From contig NC_087251.1 of NCBI RefSeq assembly GCF_037042905.1, positions 46,936,001 to 47,000,000 of the forward strand: DNA of 64,000 bases, given 5' to 3'. Below are positions 38,321-51,733 of the stretch, one piece after another. The notes beneath the pieces were generated by a model. That model ran no database searches and was not told the origin of the DNA. It was given only the letters and a program-made list of their open reading frames with translations. Source of the DNA: Lytechinus pictus (taxonomy: Eukaryota). The position numbers and the translations under genes are program-made. The first letter of the stretch is position 1. Each line of letters begins with the position of its first letter.

Positions 38321-41300
38321 AATGTGAGAGAGAAATGGGGGTGGGGTGGGGGAGAAACTAAGGATTTGAGAATAAACAGGACTGGGAATGGGAACGCAAC
38401 AGAATTGGGATAAATGTCTGAATCAGGTAACTAGGCAAAAAATACTGAGTAGAAGAAACACAGATATCTGGGGGGGGGGGGGGCCTCAGCTTTTAGAGGA
38501 ATGTGCCTCTCTCATGAGCGACTTTTGCATGTTCTGGCTAAACTAGATATTTTGACAAATTTTGCTGCAAATGTGTACGAAAAGGTCACTTTTATAACGA
38601 AAATCCCTAATAATGGATACCCATTGCTGGCTAAAATGCTTAAAAACTGGGTCTAGATTTGGGCCATCAATCACCCAAACATGTGTGATTCCAACTATCC
38701 CCCCCTTCCAACAGATAGATAGAAGGGGAAAAATGCAAGAAAGACTGCCTGAAAAGGAAACAGGATAAAATAAAAGACATCGAGATGCATAAACTAAGTT
38801 GATGTAATGGCAAACATGATAAAGTTCATGTCAGAATACCCTATCAAAACCACCAAGATCATCATTATGATTACCTCACCTCATAGAGGTTCCAGAAGTA
38901 GTTTCAAAACATCCTAGATACAGTGATACATTAACATCAACATCTTATCATTCAATTCTTTCCTTCTGAATTCCGTCAGTAAATTCTGTCAAATTTTGAC
39001 CTCTTTGTTTTCTATGCCAAAGAATTCATGTGACATACTTCAAAATGCTAGTGGAGTATTAATGAGGACACTGAAGAGGATATACATATACCAGCATATT
39101 CTTCTTTTACCTTGAACAATATATATCCTTGCACGTTGTCGACATATGTGCATTCTTCGAAGACAGACTTCAACTTTTTTTTGCTAATTAAGAGAGACAT
39201 GTGAATATATGAAGAAACCACCCCCTGTTTTTTATGTTATTTTATTTATCCATTACTTTAAAAAAATTTAATCATGATAATTGAAATTGTTCAGCATCTA
39301 TATATTCTATCCAAATCTAAATAGGTAAATGTAATTTGTGACTTTTTTCATATCATACATATTTGATACATTTTGCTACATTCTATTTCATGCATTTTTC
39401 CCCTTCATTTATTCATGATTTGATTTACACAACTTAAAGTGCATCATATTTCTGCATCTTTTCCCTCCAGGAATTTTTTTCTGCATTTAGCCATGGATGG
39501 ACAGAGCCCTTCAAGCCTAGCTGACAAGGTTATAAGTAGAAATAAAATGAAATAAGTTATGAGTTCAGTCCAATCATAAAATCAAATGGTAAATAGAGAC
39601 ATTGGGTAAATAATACAATCGTTCTGAGAAGCAGCAATTAGCTACATCCTACAGTCAAATAAACCAAGTACAATATAAATGCGATATGCAGTTTATAAAC
39701 AATATCTCAATTTTTATACAGAGCAAACAAATTAAGTGACGATAGTACCTCATAAAGACATATCATAACCATCACAGTTCCCTTTCTTAAAATAGAAATG
39801 GAAATCAAATCAGAATAGTCAAAGTCTTATCACAGACCTCATCTTCCTTCTCTCCTTTGTATAGTGATAAGTAGCACAATTAGGGAGTACACCCCGATTG
39901 AACACTTCCATGTTGAAGGATATATCATTTCAAAAAGAGAGGATATCGTTTCCAAAAAAAAAAGAATCATTCTAAAATTAGGCCTCAATCTGCTAATTTT
40001 ATTTCAGTGATTACATTTCCTAATTTTTCTGAATCACACACACAGGAAACGATACTGTATCGACTTACGAGCATCAAAATAGATATTTGCAATTATAACA
40101 GAATACTGTTTATTTGTTTGTGATAAGCAGGTCCAGGCCAAAAATAAATACGGTTGTCAGAAATCAAATATGTAAGACAAATCTCTGTTTGGGCCCGACG
40201 TTCATTGAAAATAATTGCCTAATTGGAAGTATCGATGGATAAGTCATAAACCACAGCAGAATACACAATTGAAAAATGTTATACTAATTGGGGATTTTCC
40301 TGCAACATATTAAAGATAGAATGACATTTTTTTGTTTGTATTAACTGATAAAAACTTGATTTTATTTGCTCTATGCTTTTTAAGACAGTGTAGGTTGATA
40401 CAAATAGCACACTGGAATAGCAAACAAGAATGGATAGAATGACTGAGCTTTAACAACACTACCATACACAATGTGTCATATAGGTATCTTAATATTAAAA
40501 TGCAGTTATGTTCGATGGCAGGGTTTGTGTTCTTAATATATTTATATGATCTATGGATTGAATCATAAAGTAAATACAAAATATTAGCTACTCGCAAGAA
40601 CAGGAAGAAGAATTGTGGCAAAAAAAATATGGAAGTCATTAACATACAGAGTATATATGGAAGTTGCAAAAGTAATCAATAAGAAATAGGAGTATAAAAA
40701 GAAAAAAGAAAAAGAGAAGAGGTAAAAAAAAAGATGAGAGGACAAAAGAAAAAGAAAGAGATAGAGAGTGGGGGGGCAAGAGACCCAAAGAGCAAACACA
40801 TTTTCCTTGAAAAGAAAATGGAAGGATAACAGCAGTTGTATTACTATCACATGATCACAAAACCATTCTGTGCCTTTTACCATACTTTTGAAGAGTATTA
40901 ATTAAAAAAAAAAGATATATCGATTTCCCACTATTTCCTCTTTCCCCTTTTCAATGTCGCTCTCCAACAGGAAGCGCATGGTTTGGCTTTTGGTCTTACT
41001 CACTCTTGGCGAGCACCCGTAACGAATACCCCCCAACGAACACCCCGACAAATCCAAGTATAGACATTCACAGATCGGCGAAAAATCTGTGGAAATTACA
41101 CGTAGGAAACCCGATAGTCCCCGCATTCATCCAGAAAAAGGAAATGATAGATTTAGAGTGTAATATGAATTCTGAAGCCTGAATAGTGACATGAGAATTG
41201 ACTGTTACAATGCATGTGAATCATGTTGGCACAGACATCGCTTTCACGCAAGAATTGTGAAGAACACAAATTTAAAAGAAAGGGGAATTTATCTAATTAA

Positions 41301-41376
41301 AAAATATATATATATAAAACTTGAAAAGCACCGAATGTCTGCAAGATAAACTATGGAATGCCACTTTCTCATTGAA

Positions 41377-41825
41377 TGATTACAACTTTATTCTTATTTT
41401 TCAGGTGTCAATTAAAAATGAAAATAAAAAACATAACAAAATATGGGCTTGAAGGACTTCAAGCCCATATTTTGTTATGTTTTTTAGGCAGAACTAATTA
41501 GGCAACACATTTTAGTTTTCTCCCAATTCCTGTAAATACTCCCATACAACTTTCATATTGGATTACAACTTTATTCTTATATTCAGGTGTCGATAAAAAA
41601 AATAAAAAAAATATGGGCTCCAAGTCCTCATTTTAGGCAGAACTAATTAGGCAACATATTTTAGTTTTCTCCCAATTCCTGTAAATATTCCCATACAATT
41701 TTATTCTTATTTTCAGGTGTCAATTAAAAATGAAAAAAAAAAATGGGCTCGAAGTCCTCATTTTAGGCAGAACTAATTAGGCAACATATTTTAGTTTTCT
41801 CCCAATTCCTGTAAATACTCCCATT
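41377..41825 (+). repeat. Three-copy tandem repeat (about 125-180 bp units)
   Basis: tttaggcagaactaattaggcaaca.attttagttttctcccaattcctgtaaata.tcccat and tttattcttat..tcaggtgtc each occur three times. Confidence 0.88.
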
Positions 41826-42315
41826 CCCCTATATACTTTTCCAAATTGCCCTCATGATGATAAACATGTATGACCATCTATTCATACTTTATTTCACTTT
41901 AATAATAATAATAAAATAATGACATATTTTACCCAGGTCCCCAAAATAGTTAATCTTGTATGTATATATGGCTTGCTATTTTGTATGTTATGTATTTATT
42001 TTTGTTATGATGAATGAAATTAATTTTGCAGGCAATGAAAAAATATTAAGTTTTTAGTGTTTTAATAACCTTGTTCTCATTTTATTAAGCTGATCAACAT
42101 AAATCTACTGTACATATCTCTAAAAAGGAAAAGTAAATGGATTTGTGTTTTTATTAATGTATCATTCAAGTATAAACATAAAAAAACATGTCCTGTTCCT
42201 CCTATTTAATTGAAGTTAAACCAAATTTATATGTAAGGGAGAAATGCAAAGCTACAAAAGTGAACAAGAACATTTAAATCAGTACATTGGTGAGAAAATA
42301 GGTATTTTCAAAGAA

Positions 42316-42904
42316 TTAAAGGTCAAGTCCACCCCAAAAAATGTTGATTTGAATAAATAGAGAAAAATCCAACAAGCATAACACTGAAAGTTTCATTGAA
42401 ATTGGATGTAAAATAAGAAAGTTATATTTTAAAGTTTTGCTTATTTTCACAAAACAGTGATATGCACAACTCAATTGAGACAGTCGATGTCCCTGCTCAC
42501 TCACTATTTCTTTTGTTTTTATTGTTTGAATTATACAATATTTCATTTTTTTATAGATTTGACAATAAGGACCAAATTGACTGAATCATATAGTATCAAA
42601 CAATGCTTATTCCACATGTTCAGGGAAGAATTAATCGTTGATTCACTTGACAATGAGAAAAATAGAATATTCCCTATTTCATATACTAAAATACAAAAGA
42701 AAAAGTGAGTGGATGATGTCATCGGTCTCATTTGCATACCGACCAGGATGTGCATATAACTGTGTTATGAAATTAAGCAAAATTCAAAATGTCATAACCT
42801 TCTCATTTTTCATCCGATTTTGATGAAATTTTCAGTATTATGCTTGTTGGATTTGTATCTTTTTATTCAAATCAACTTTTTGTTGGGGTGGACTTGTCCT
42901 TTAA
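42316..42904. mobile_element. Kolobok-like MITE copy 2
   Basis: TTAA-AGGTCAAGTCCACCCC ... GGGGTGGACTTGTCCT-TTAA; inverted relative to the copy at 4363. Confidence 0.88.
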
Positions 42905-43276
42905 ATGCCATAGGACAACACATGAAACTGAAACTCTAGAAATCAGTATTTTTCATGAAACCATCAGTATTCTGTACAGACCGCACAGAAACGTTGTTAG
43001 CGCTAATGTGGCAGCGATGCCTAATGTTACAATAATGCATTACTTACACGTTGAAATAAATGTTTTGACTTCACAATCCGGAAGATGTGACTGGGCTTAC
43101 TGTTAGCGCTCTGTTAGGCTTACCACACTTCTGTGCGGCTGGCACTGATTTTTCAGTACTAAATACTGATAATCAGTACTAGTTGGTAGCTCTGGAAACG
43201 CCATGAGCAAAACCATGCAAAGTTTTTACTTGGTAATATAAATAGATGGAAGGGACCTGTCCAGTCATCTATATGT

Positions 43277-43868
43277 TTAAAGGACAAGTCCACCTCAGAA
43301 AAATGTTGATTTAAATCAATAGAGAAAAATCAGACAAGCATAATACTGAAAATTTCATCAAAATCGGATGTAAAATATGAAAGCTATGACTTTTTAAAGT
43401 TTCGCTTTTATTTCACAAAATAGTTATATGCACAATTTAGTCCAAGCAAAAGAGAGAATCGATGTCCCTCACTATTTCTTTTGTTTTTTATTGTTTGAAT
43501 TATACGATATTTTAATTTTTACAGATTTGACAGTAAGGACCAACTTGACTGAGCCATAAATGTTAAACAATAGTAATTCCACATGTTCAGAGAGAAATAC
43601 AACTTTGTTTCACAGGACAATGAGAAAATGAGAATATTTCACATAATAAAATACAAAAGAAATAGTGAGTGAGTGATGTCATCAGTTTTCTCATTTGCAT
43701 ACCGACTGGGATGTGCATATAACTATTTTGTGAAATTAGGTGAAACTTAAAAATGTCATAACTTTTTTATTTTACATCCGATTTTGATGAAATTTTCAGT
43801 GTTATGCTTGTGGGATTTTTCTCTTTTTATTCAAATCAACTTATTGTTGGGGTGGACTTGTCCTTTTA
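43277..43868. mobile_element. Kolobok-like MITE copy 3
   Basis: TTAA-AGGACAAGTCCACC ... GGTGGACTTGTCCT-TTTA (right TSD mutated); same orientation as copy 2. Confidence 0.85.
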
Positions 43869-44399
43869 TGGAAAGAAAGATAAATCTCTAGGGAGTGAGT
43901 AAGTAGAAGTACTGTACTAAAGTTCTAACTCGCATGTATAGGACCGAATTAATAGATCAACGAGATGATTTAACCCGGCAAAGCTTCTGGCAAATGAATT
44001 CACTATTTCCCTTTAATATACCAACACAATACAACTTCTTTTTCAAGGGCACCGCATTTCATAATAAAGTTTTATGTCTGGTTTGGCCATAAAAGTATTA
44101 TCCAAGCAAAAGTCACTGGTTATACATCCGTGTACATGTAACAGTAGATGTCTGTGGAAATAGTCACTCAGTCCTCTACGTAAATTCACTTTCAGTCTGT
44201 TAGCATTTTTTGTGAGCATTTTCACAGGACACAATTGAAATATTCTATGATTTTTCTCCTAAAATTAGTTGGCAATCCATTGCACGATTATTATTGGGTT
44301 TTTTGCACGCTTTGAAGTGGCCCAATTCATCTTGCAAATTACACTTGATTTACATATATTACTTTCATCCAATTTTACTCTATTATGAATTAACTGAGG

Positions 44400-44710
44400 G
44401 GGGAGAAGAAGTGTTTCATGATACATTTTCATTGAAATCCTTGTATCTGATTGGCTCGGAGCAAAAATTATCACTGAAATATCACTATTTGTTACAAGCT
44501 ACTGAAATCCCTGAATCTGGTTGCATCAGAGCAATAATTGTCAGTGAACGATTACTCTTTAAGCTACTGAAAATCTTTTATTTCATTGGCTCAGAGTGAA
44601 AAATGTCAGTGAAAGATCACTGTTTGTTATAAGCTACTGAAAATCTTGTATCTGATTGGCTCAGAGTGAAACTGCCAGTGAAAATCACTGTTTCATGAAA
44701 TGACCCCCCC
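44400..44710 (+). repeat. Degenerate ~60-bp tandem repeat of a CCAAT-containing MITE core
   Basis: AAGCTACTGAAATC.TTGTATCTGATTGGCTCAGAG recurs about four times. The same core occurs in small MITEs at about 32303-32444 and 49860-49987. Confidence 0.6.
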
Positions 44711-45761
44711 CCCCCCCCGATCTTGCATATACAGTGGGGTGGGGGTATTATCCTTTCAGCAGTACACACTGACTAAATTTGTTCAGTGAAAAATATGTCC
44801 AAGCTTAAAATATTCCCATTTTGTTTCAACAAAACGCAGAAACGTCACCGGATATTGCAGCTGCTACAAAAGACCTAGAAGTTATAATTTGATTGGTTCA
44901 CCAGGTTTAAATACCTTCAAGAGAAGACCTAGAAGTTCTCTCCTCTGACAGAAAAACATGCCAGGAAGCTCTACATGTGTATACAAATATAAAACACTTT
45001 GAAAACAATCTCAAACAAAAATAGAGTTAACAATAACTTTTTCTTGGCTGCTGTCTGAAAAAACAGCAGCCATAGGGGAAAAAATCGTATCCTCCACCAA
45101 CATGATAATAATGAATTAACTGATATAGGGAGGAAGTCTACACTTGAGGTCAACTCCTAATTTGTCTCTTTGAAAAGAGTTTACAAACATGGTTGACAAA
45201 GTCCAAGGCATCAATCATATTTTGAGTGTGTCAATGGACTAGGGTTGATCAGGTCTATGGTCCACGTTGGTTGGACTGGGAGTAAATTATATTAGCCAGG
45301 TCTTTGGTCTATTTACCTGCTAGAACTCCCAAGATGAAAGGTCATTGACATGGTCAGATGAATTGGGAGGGGAGGGGAGGGGGGGTGATAAGGACCTTTA
45401 AGGCTCCCCTAGTACAGCATGGTTTGTGTTATTGTATTAATTTAGTTTTTTACCTTTAGTCAGCAGTCAGTTGATTAAGGGGGGGGGGGGGATGAGTGAC
45501 CCCTAAAGCTACCTGCAACATTGTTTGTGCTTTTAAATATTTTTACCTTCATATTTTTTAACCTTCAGTCAGCAGTCAGCTAATCGAAGAGGGGGAGTGG
45601 TATGAGCAACCCCAAAAAGCTCCCATTGAAGAAAAAAATACCCATTAGAACAGAGACTATCGTTGAAATGGTTTTCTACCAAAAAATGATGTGCATTTTT
45701 TTCCTCCATTTTTGCCAGGATCCAAAACCAAAATAAATGTTTAAAAAGGTCAACTAAAACA

Positions 45762-46293
45762 CCCGGGGGGGGGGGGGGGGGGGGGGCACTCAGTATATAA
45801 TGCATAGTGGGTATGTGCCGCGGAGGGGACCCCCATTTTTACACTCAAATTTCCGTTCCAAGGCATAGCATTTTTGTCTTATTGAGAAAAAGAACAAAGA
45901 AAGCCGCTCCAAGGCATAGCATTTCCTTCTTATCGAGAAAAAAGAAGAAAGAAATCCGCTCCAAAGCTTCGCATATTTTTCGTTACGCCGTTCCGGTCGC
46001 ATTGATCTGCTACAATTTTGGTGAAAAGCGGCCGTAGAGCGCTTTTCGACCATTGCCTAAGCCCGAGCGCACCCGGCGGAGGCCGCGCTAGCTGCGTCAT
46101 GTACGATTGCCCGTTCCATAGGGATCAGAGATAGGGAGATCCGTTCCGAGGACCCCCGTTTTCACAAACATTTGTAGTTCCGAAGCCCGTTCCGAGGACC
46201 CTCCTTTTTACAGTAAGCCCGCTCCAAGGCCCCCGTTTTTTGCCTCGCCCGCGGCACACCCCTACCACTTTTTTGGTCGAGTGCCCCCCCGGG
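45762..46293. mobile_element. Non-autonomous DNA transposon with CCCGGG(G)nCACTC termini and 8-bp TSD
   Basis: TSD CTAAAACA at 45754-45761 and 46294-46301; internal repeats of CCG(C/T)TCC(A/G)AGG. Superfamily not assigned. Confidence 0.88.
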
Positions 46294-47314
46294 CTAAAAC
46301 ACTTGCATTATTTTCCACACCATCCATGCAATTAAGGCCTTGGATTAGACACATTTATATCATAAAGTAATAAACCACAATAATGACACTTTTTTTTTTT
46401 GGGGGGGGGGTATAAAAGTTTAAGAGGGGCGGGGGGGGGGGAATTCCTTGAACTTGCAAACAGGCAAGTTACATAAATAAGTAAGAGGATAGAGGAAGGA
46501 AATATGGATTGGATGTGGGGTAATGTAAATCATAACAGTTGAAGACATGATGGCTGTTAGAAGACAGCCAGTTGACTAACCCTAATAGTGTGTTCATACA
46601 TGATACAACAAGCCCCTCGGTCCCGTTTCATAAAGACTCGTTGTACAAATTTACTGTCAGCCAATCAAGTTGAAGGATTTCAGTTGCTTTTAATTGTTAT
46701 TGCAACAGTTGTTTCAAAAAGTCTTGTGAAAAGGTTTCAGCCAGTGTTTGTCTGTAAAGGTAATGCAGGGCAAGCTGTTTTGACATAGAAACCTTGATAT
46801 GAATACTTACAATGCAAAATTATTCCTGGTAATAGAATTAGATTTCTTGATATTTTTCATTATTTATAATAGGCTTTGATAGCATAAATGGAATTGTTGA
46901 TATCAAGGAAAAGGATTAAATAACAAAATGATTTGCTACACTGTATGTACAATAAGATAATTTCCTTTAGTACTTCAAATATGAAATGAGAAGCCATCAC
47001 CAAGTTGTAATGAACATTAATCATATCAAATAGAATTTTGAAGATATTTTGGTTCACAGCTGAAGGGAAAAACTCTTCACACTTAATCATGTGCTAAACT
47101 GCTTACATTATAAGAATAAGAATTAGATAGGTCCACAGCTTTTAAAACATGACAATTTGAAAAGAAGCATTCTACCTTAATCTATTTTTTTCACACCTTC
47201 CATTCAAATTACTTCTGGCTAGAGTCCAAATTCAAGCCAAGAAAAATGAGTTGCAATTGAACACAAATCAACAATAAATTTGTGTTTGCTCATAGAAAAT
47301 GCACTTGATTTTGG

Positions 47315-48160
47315 TAATAATAATAATTTTAGATTTGTATAGCGCACATATCTGTCTATGACACTCAAGGCGCACAATCAACTACTTATACAATACAGAA
47401 AATGAAATTAATAAATACACAGAAATTGAACAAATTAACAAGAAAAAAAAAAACACAATCAGTTACAGTTGGTCGTCAAAATAACAGGTAGGCCAGATCC
47501 CACAACAATTAAGGAAATGCTTCCTTCATGAGGTAGATTTTCAATTTGGTGCTCATGACAGGTTTTCGAATCGAGCGTAAATTTCTTGCAATGCCCCATG
47601 ATCAGTGTACAAAAAGTTGAGAGGAAGTTGTTCATGGGGCCAGACACAATGGCCCGAATTCACAAAGGTGGTTTTAGTAAACCATCGGTTGAACCCATGG
47701 TTCATGCAGATTTCCTGTATAAATTAAGCTTATCTACCGCGTATAAAATAATAAAATATGTCCAATGCCGATGCATGCTTTTGTCACAGTGCGCCAAATT
47801 GACGCCTGTTGCCATGGTTATCCACACTATTTCATTCAGGAGTCCACTGTTTTGAATTAATGAGTCAACTCTTCGAAACAGTGGACTCATGAATGAAATA
47901 GCGTACTTAACCATAGCATACTAACGTCGTACTAGTGTGAGTGGGTTCAACCGATGGTTTTAAAAACCACATTTGTGAATTCGGGCCAATATGTCTGAAC
48001 ACCCCTTATAAGTCTGGAACTGACAGAAAAAGATCTTAAAATACCATTGAAATATAAACAAACATAGGAAGGAAGAAGATAGATGAACCGTACAAACTAG
48101 ATTCGACCATGCCATTGCATCAGGACAAAGTCCAATTTTTCGAGGCTCGGCACATTAATA
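47315..48160 (-). mobile_element. Degenerate LINE 3' fragment interrupted by a MITE
   Basis: (ATT)n tail with GCGCTATACAAAT on the minus strand at 47315-47345, typical of L2-group 3' ends. The upstream extent is uncertain. Confidence 0.4.
47651..47987. mobile_element. Harbinger-like MITE, internally deleted copy, AAT 3-bp TSD
   Basis: AAT|GGCCCGAATTCACAAAGGTGGTTTT ... AAAACCACATTTGTGAATTCGGGCC|AAT. Same family as 55600-56022. Confidence 0.88.
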
Positions 48161-48172
48161 TTTGATTCTTAT

Positions 48173-48754
48173 GGGGCGTTGCAAGAATCTTGCGATCAAT
48201 TGCAAGTCTACTTTCGGTCCCTAAATAATAATAATAATAATAATTAACATTTATATAGCGCTTAATACAACAGTTTCTAAGCGCATTGGAAAGAAGAAGA
48301 AAAAAAAAGAAAAAAAGTGAGAACAGGATATGGAACTAAGAGGACTGCTTAATGAGGTAAGATTTGAGGAGTGTTTTGAAAGATTCGACAGTGGATGCAT
48401 TACGGATGGAGATGGGGAGATTGTTCCAGAGTTTAGGGGCAAGAGCAGAAAAAGCACGATCGCCATAACAGGTAAAAGTGCAGGGTCCTAGAGATAGTCG
48501 AAGGTGAGCAATAGAAGAAGATCGGAGACGTTGAGTTGCAGAGGATGAGGGACAGAGAGAGATAAGATTTCATATAAAGAGATAAATCATTCATATCTTG
48601 TAACTAATTGTAAATTTGCGACCGATTGCTAAACTGCTTCATGCAACAAGGAGTGTAATCTGATTTGCTTCGGCTAAAATTGATCTATTGATTGTAACAT
48701 TGCAACAGAAACTTTGTGATTGATTGCAAATATTTTTTTCTCGCAACAAACCCC
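48173..48754. mobile_element. MITE (GGGGCGTTGCAAGAA ... TCTCGCAACAAACCCC) split by an L2 insertion
   Basis: Imperfect TIRs. The internal GCGATCAATTGCAA / TTGTGATTGATTGCAA motifs continue on both sides of the L2 piece. Confidence 0.6.
48224..48581 (-). mobile_element. L2 LINE 3' end fragment
   Basis: Minus-strand translation ...RLRSSS...YGDRAFSALAPKLWNNLPISIRNASTVESFKTLLKSYL, the classic L2 ORF2 C-terminus, followed by GCGCTATATAAAT and an (ATT)n tail. Confidence 0.9.
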
Positions 48755-49989
48755 TAATTCTTTCAACAAGAGAGAATTCACTTGCGAGGAAAATCATGGG
48801 TCTTTCTTATCACTTTTCTTTCCTTTTCAGAGATAATGACAGATTAACGGTTCAAAAAAATAGAAAATAAGATAGTGGGATTCTCTATAAGAGGGAAAAA
48901 AGGGAACTAGGAACATATGATCAACATAAAAACTCTCTGACTCCCCCCCCCCCCCCCTTGGGTAGCATTTGATGCCCCATGCCTGATACAATTAACAGGT
49001 TCTTATTCCAGTTAAGTTTATATCCACACTTGTTCAAAGTACTTACATTCAGAAACTTTTGCAATACTCTAAATCTCTTGGCTAAGAGCAGTTGCAAAAA
49101 TTATGCATCGTTTCTTTCACACTCATGCATGAATAAAACCCAGCCTGTATAAGGATTGGTTAAAAAAGCATCACAAGACTAAATATATTTTAGCTATAAT
49201 GTAGAAAACAAAACACCCGTAAAGAAAATCTGCTATGTTGTGACGTCAAAGATGGAATAGTGCACCATTTCAACTTGGACATCATAGATCTTGCTATCTC
49301 TCAAACGCGCCAGACAGCAAGGTGTCTCTACTGGGTAACTCTCGTGATGCGACAGGACAGCAACTAATCAGATTCTGGTGAGCGCATGTGCTGAAGGGCA
49401 GCGCTAGGTCTAGATTTTGGTCCATTTTGGGGGTGGACCAACTAGGACTACATAACTAAGACTTTGACTCAAGGAATGGAGGTATATATAAAACAAAAAT
49501 ACCAGACATTTCTTTCCAAAGTATAGAAGGAATTATTCATCTTCTGTTGACAGGCACTATTACTACTTCATTCTTTGAGGCTTGCCCCCTAAAAAAATTG
49601 AGTAACTTCCAATCCAACCTCGGATAAATAAACCTGCTATACTTTCTCAAAGCATGGTATATTTGTATACCATCCATAATCTCTGCTCAACCTTGCTTCA
49701 TCCCATTCCCTCATAAACTGAAAATTTAGATAAATATCCGGTAGCAGAAATGCTTATCTATTACTCGACACAAAACACAAGCAAACAACCATCTATTACA
49801 ATTGTAATTAAATACAGACAGGTGAAACACATATGGAACATATTCACAAATACAGGTATGGGGAGCAATTCAGGCAGTGAGTTTTCACTGACAAATTTGT
49901 TCTGAGCCAATAAGATGTAAGGATTTTTGTAGCTTGTAACAATAGTCAGTAAATATCACTGACTATTTTTGTAATGACATGCTTCCCTG

Positions 49990-50253
49990 GGCCCCGTCTT
50001 ACAAAGAGTTACGATTGATCCGATCAATCTCAAGTATATGGAAATCCATCAGTGTCATAATTTTTTTCTTTTGAAAATTTCCTCTATGTATTTTGAAAGA
50101 AGCACACTGAATTGTCAAGGAAACAGTACATGTATGAATATAAATCATATCTAGAAAATATTTTGAACAAAAATGTATTTTACATGTTGACGTTGCTGGC
50201 TTTCCATAGTTGCGATTGATCGGATCAATCGCAAGTCTTTGTAAGACGGGACC
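49990..50253. mobile_element. Harbinger-like MITE with CTG 3-bp TSD
   Basis: CTG|GGCCCCGTCTTACAAAGAGTTACGATTGATCCGATCAATC ... GATTGATCGGATCAATCGCAAGTCTTTGTAAGACGGGACC|CTG. Confidence 0.85.
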
Positions 50254-50342
50254 CTGGTATGTGTCTTATATTGAATGCATCACGCAACAAATGACTGACA
50301 TAAAATGCACAAATCCGAGTCATCACCCTCCCCCGTCATTTG

Positions 50343-50488
50343 GGTACCGTTTCATAAAACTTGTTATAATAACAAATCTGCAATTACAGTTAAAAGCTAC
50401 TGAAATCATTCAATCTGAATGGCTGATAGTAAATTTGTTACAGAAATCATTCATTTTTTATCACAAGAAATCTTTATGAAATGGGACC
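50343..50488. mobile_element. Small MITE
   Basis: GGTACCGTTTCATAAAACTT ... AATCTTTATGAAATGGGACC. Confidence 0.6.
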
Positions 50489-51180
50489 CAGAATTGCAAG
50501 GATCATGACTATTGCGACCATTACAATGTGCTTTATATAAAAAGTAATTGAAAACATATCATTTCCTTCTAGCGAGTCATCAATTGGTTCATTTTTACTA
50601 CAGAAATAGGATATTAGGAAGTGTCCAATTAAAAATGACCTACACACTCTACATGTGTAAATTACAATTTAAAATGCACTTAAACAAAACAAATAAATGA
50701 TTAGCCAGACACAAATGATTAGGAAAGCTTTTAATTTAATGAAAATTTTTCTTCCACCATAAACATTTCTTTTCCATTCAGCTTAAAGTAAAACGCTTTT
50801 CGAGTTATACATGTATCCATGCATACAAGTATATTAAGCTCTGTTTGAAATCATTCGCTGAATAAATATCATATTTCTTGAAGTAGCTCAATAGACCATC
50901 AGTGCATGCAGTACAATGCAAAAAATGATACAACACAATTATGACTTGTAAAAAAAAAAAAACCTCCCACAATTTTTTTTAAATAATTAATTTCCCACCT
51001 GCCTACTTGACTCATCCTTACACAAAATAATTAGTTGCATAGCCTTTAATTGAAAACTTCCCTTTATATGATTAAGTGGCAAGATGTTCCGAGCACTTGG
51101 TAAATTGCAAAAGAAAGAGAGGGAAAAAGCGCCAAGCTCTGACATGCGTAATGCTGCCAGAATTGCCAGATATACATAAA

Positions 51181-51733
51181 TACCCTTTTTACACACGCTA
51201 AAATTTCCTTAACCCCGTACTATAGGTGGGGCTAAATTGCCATTTAGCCCCACCTATAGTACGGGGTTAAGCTTAGCCCACTTTCTTTTTACACAGCATT
51301 TTTGCAAAGTGGGTTAACCCCACCTTTAGTACGGGATTATTTGGCCCTGCAAAAAAGCAGGGTTATCCCAGCAATTGCGGTGCTAAGAGCGATAGTACGG
51401 GGTTAAGATCGCTAGTGTAAAACGAAAGTGGGCTAAGCTTAACCCCGTACTATAGGTGGGGCTAAATGGCAATTTGGCCCCACCTATAGTACGGGGTTAA
51501 GGAAATTGTAGCGTGTGTAAAATGGTACGAGTGAAGTACTTGTACTACGAATGATCGACAAAAACCACTAGTCCGGGGTTAGCGAGTTTCGTGTGTAAAA
51601 AGCAAGCATTCCTTATCCGGGGTTAGCAATAACAATGTGGCATGTGTAAAAAGGAAAAAAAATAGTACGGGGTTAAGGATAGTACGGGGTTAGCGATAGT
51701 CCGGGGTTAAGAAAATCCTGTGTAAAAAGGGTA
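51181..51733. mobile_element. Foldback-type element built from nested inverted modules
   Basis: 14-bp TIR TACCCTTTTTACAC / GTGTAAAAAGGGTA, internal 30-bp-arm hairpins, and many TAGT(A/C)CGGGGTTA(A/G) subrepeats. Confidence 0.85.
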
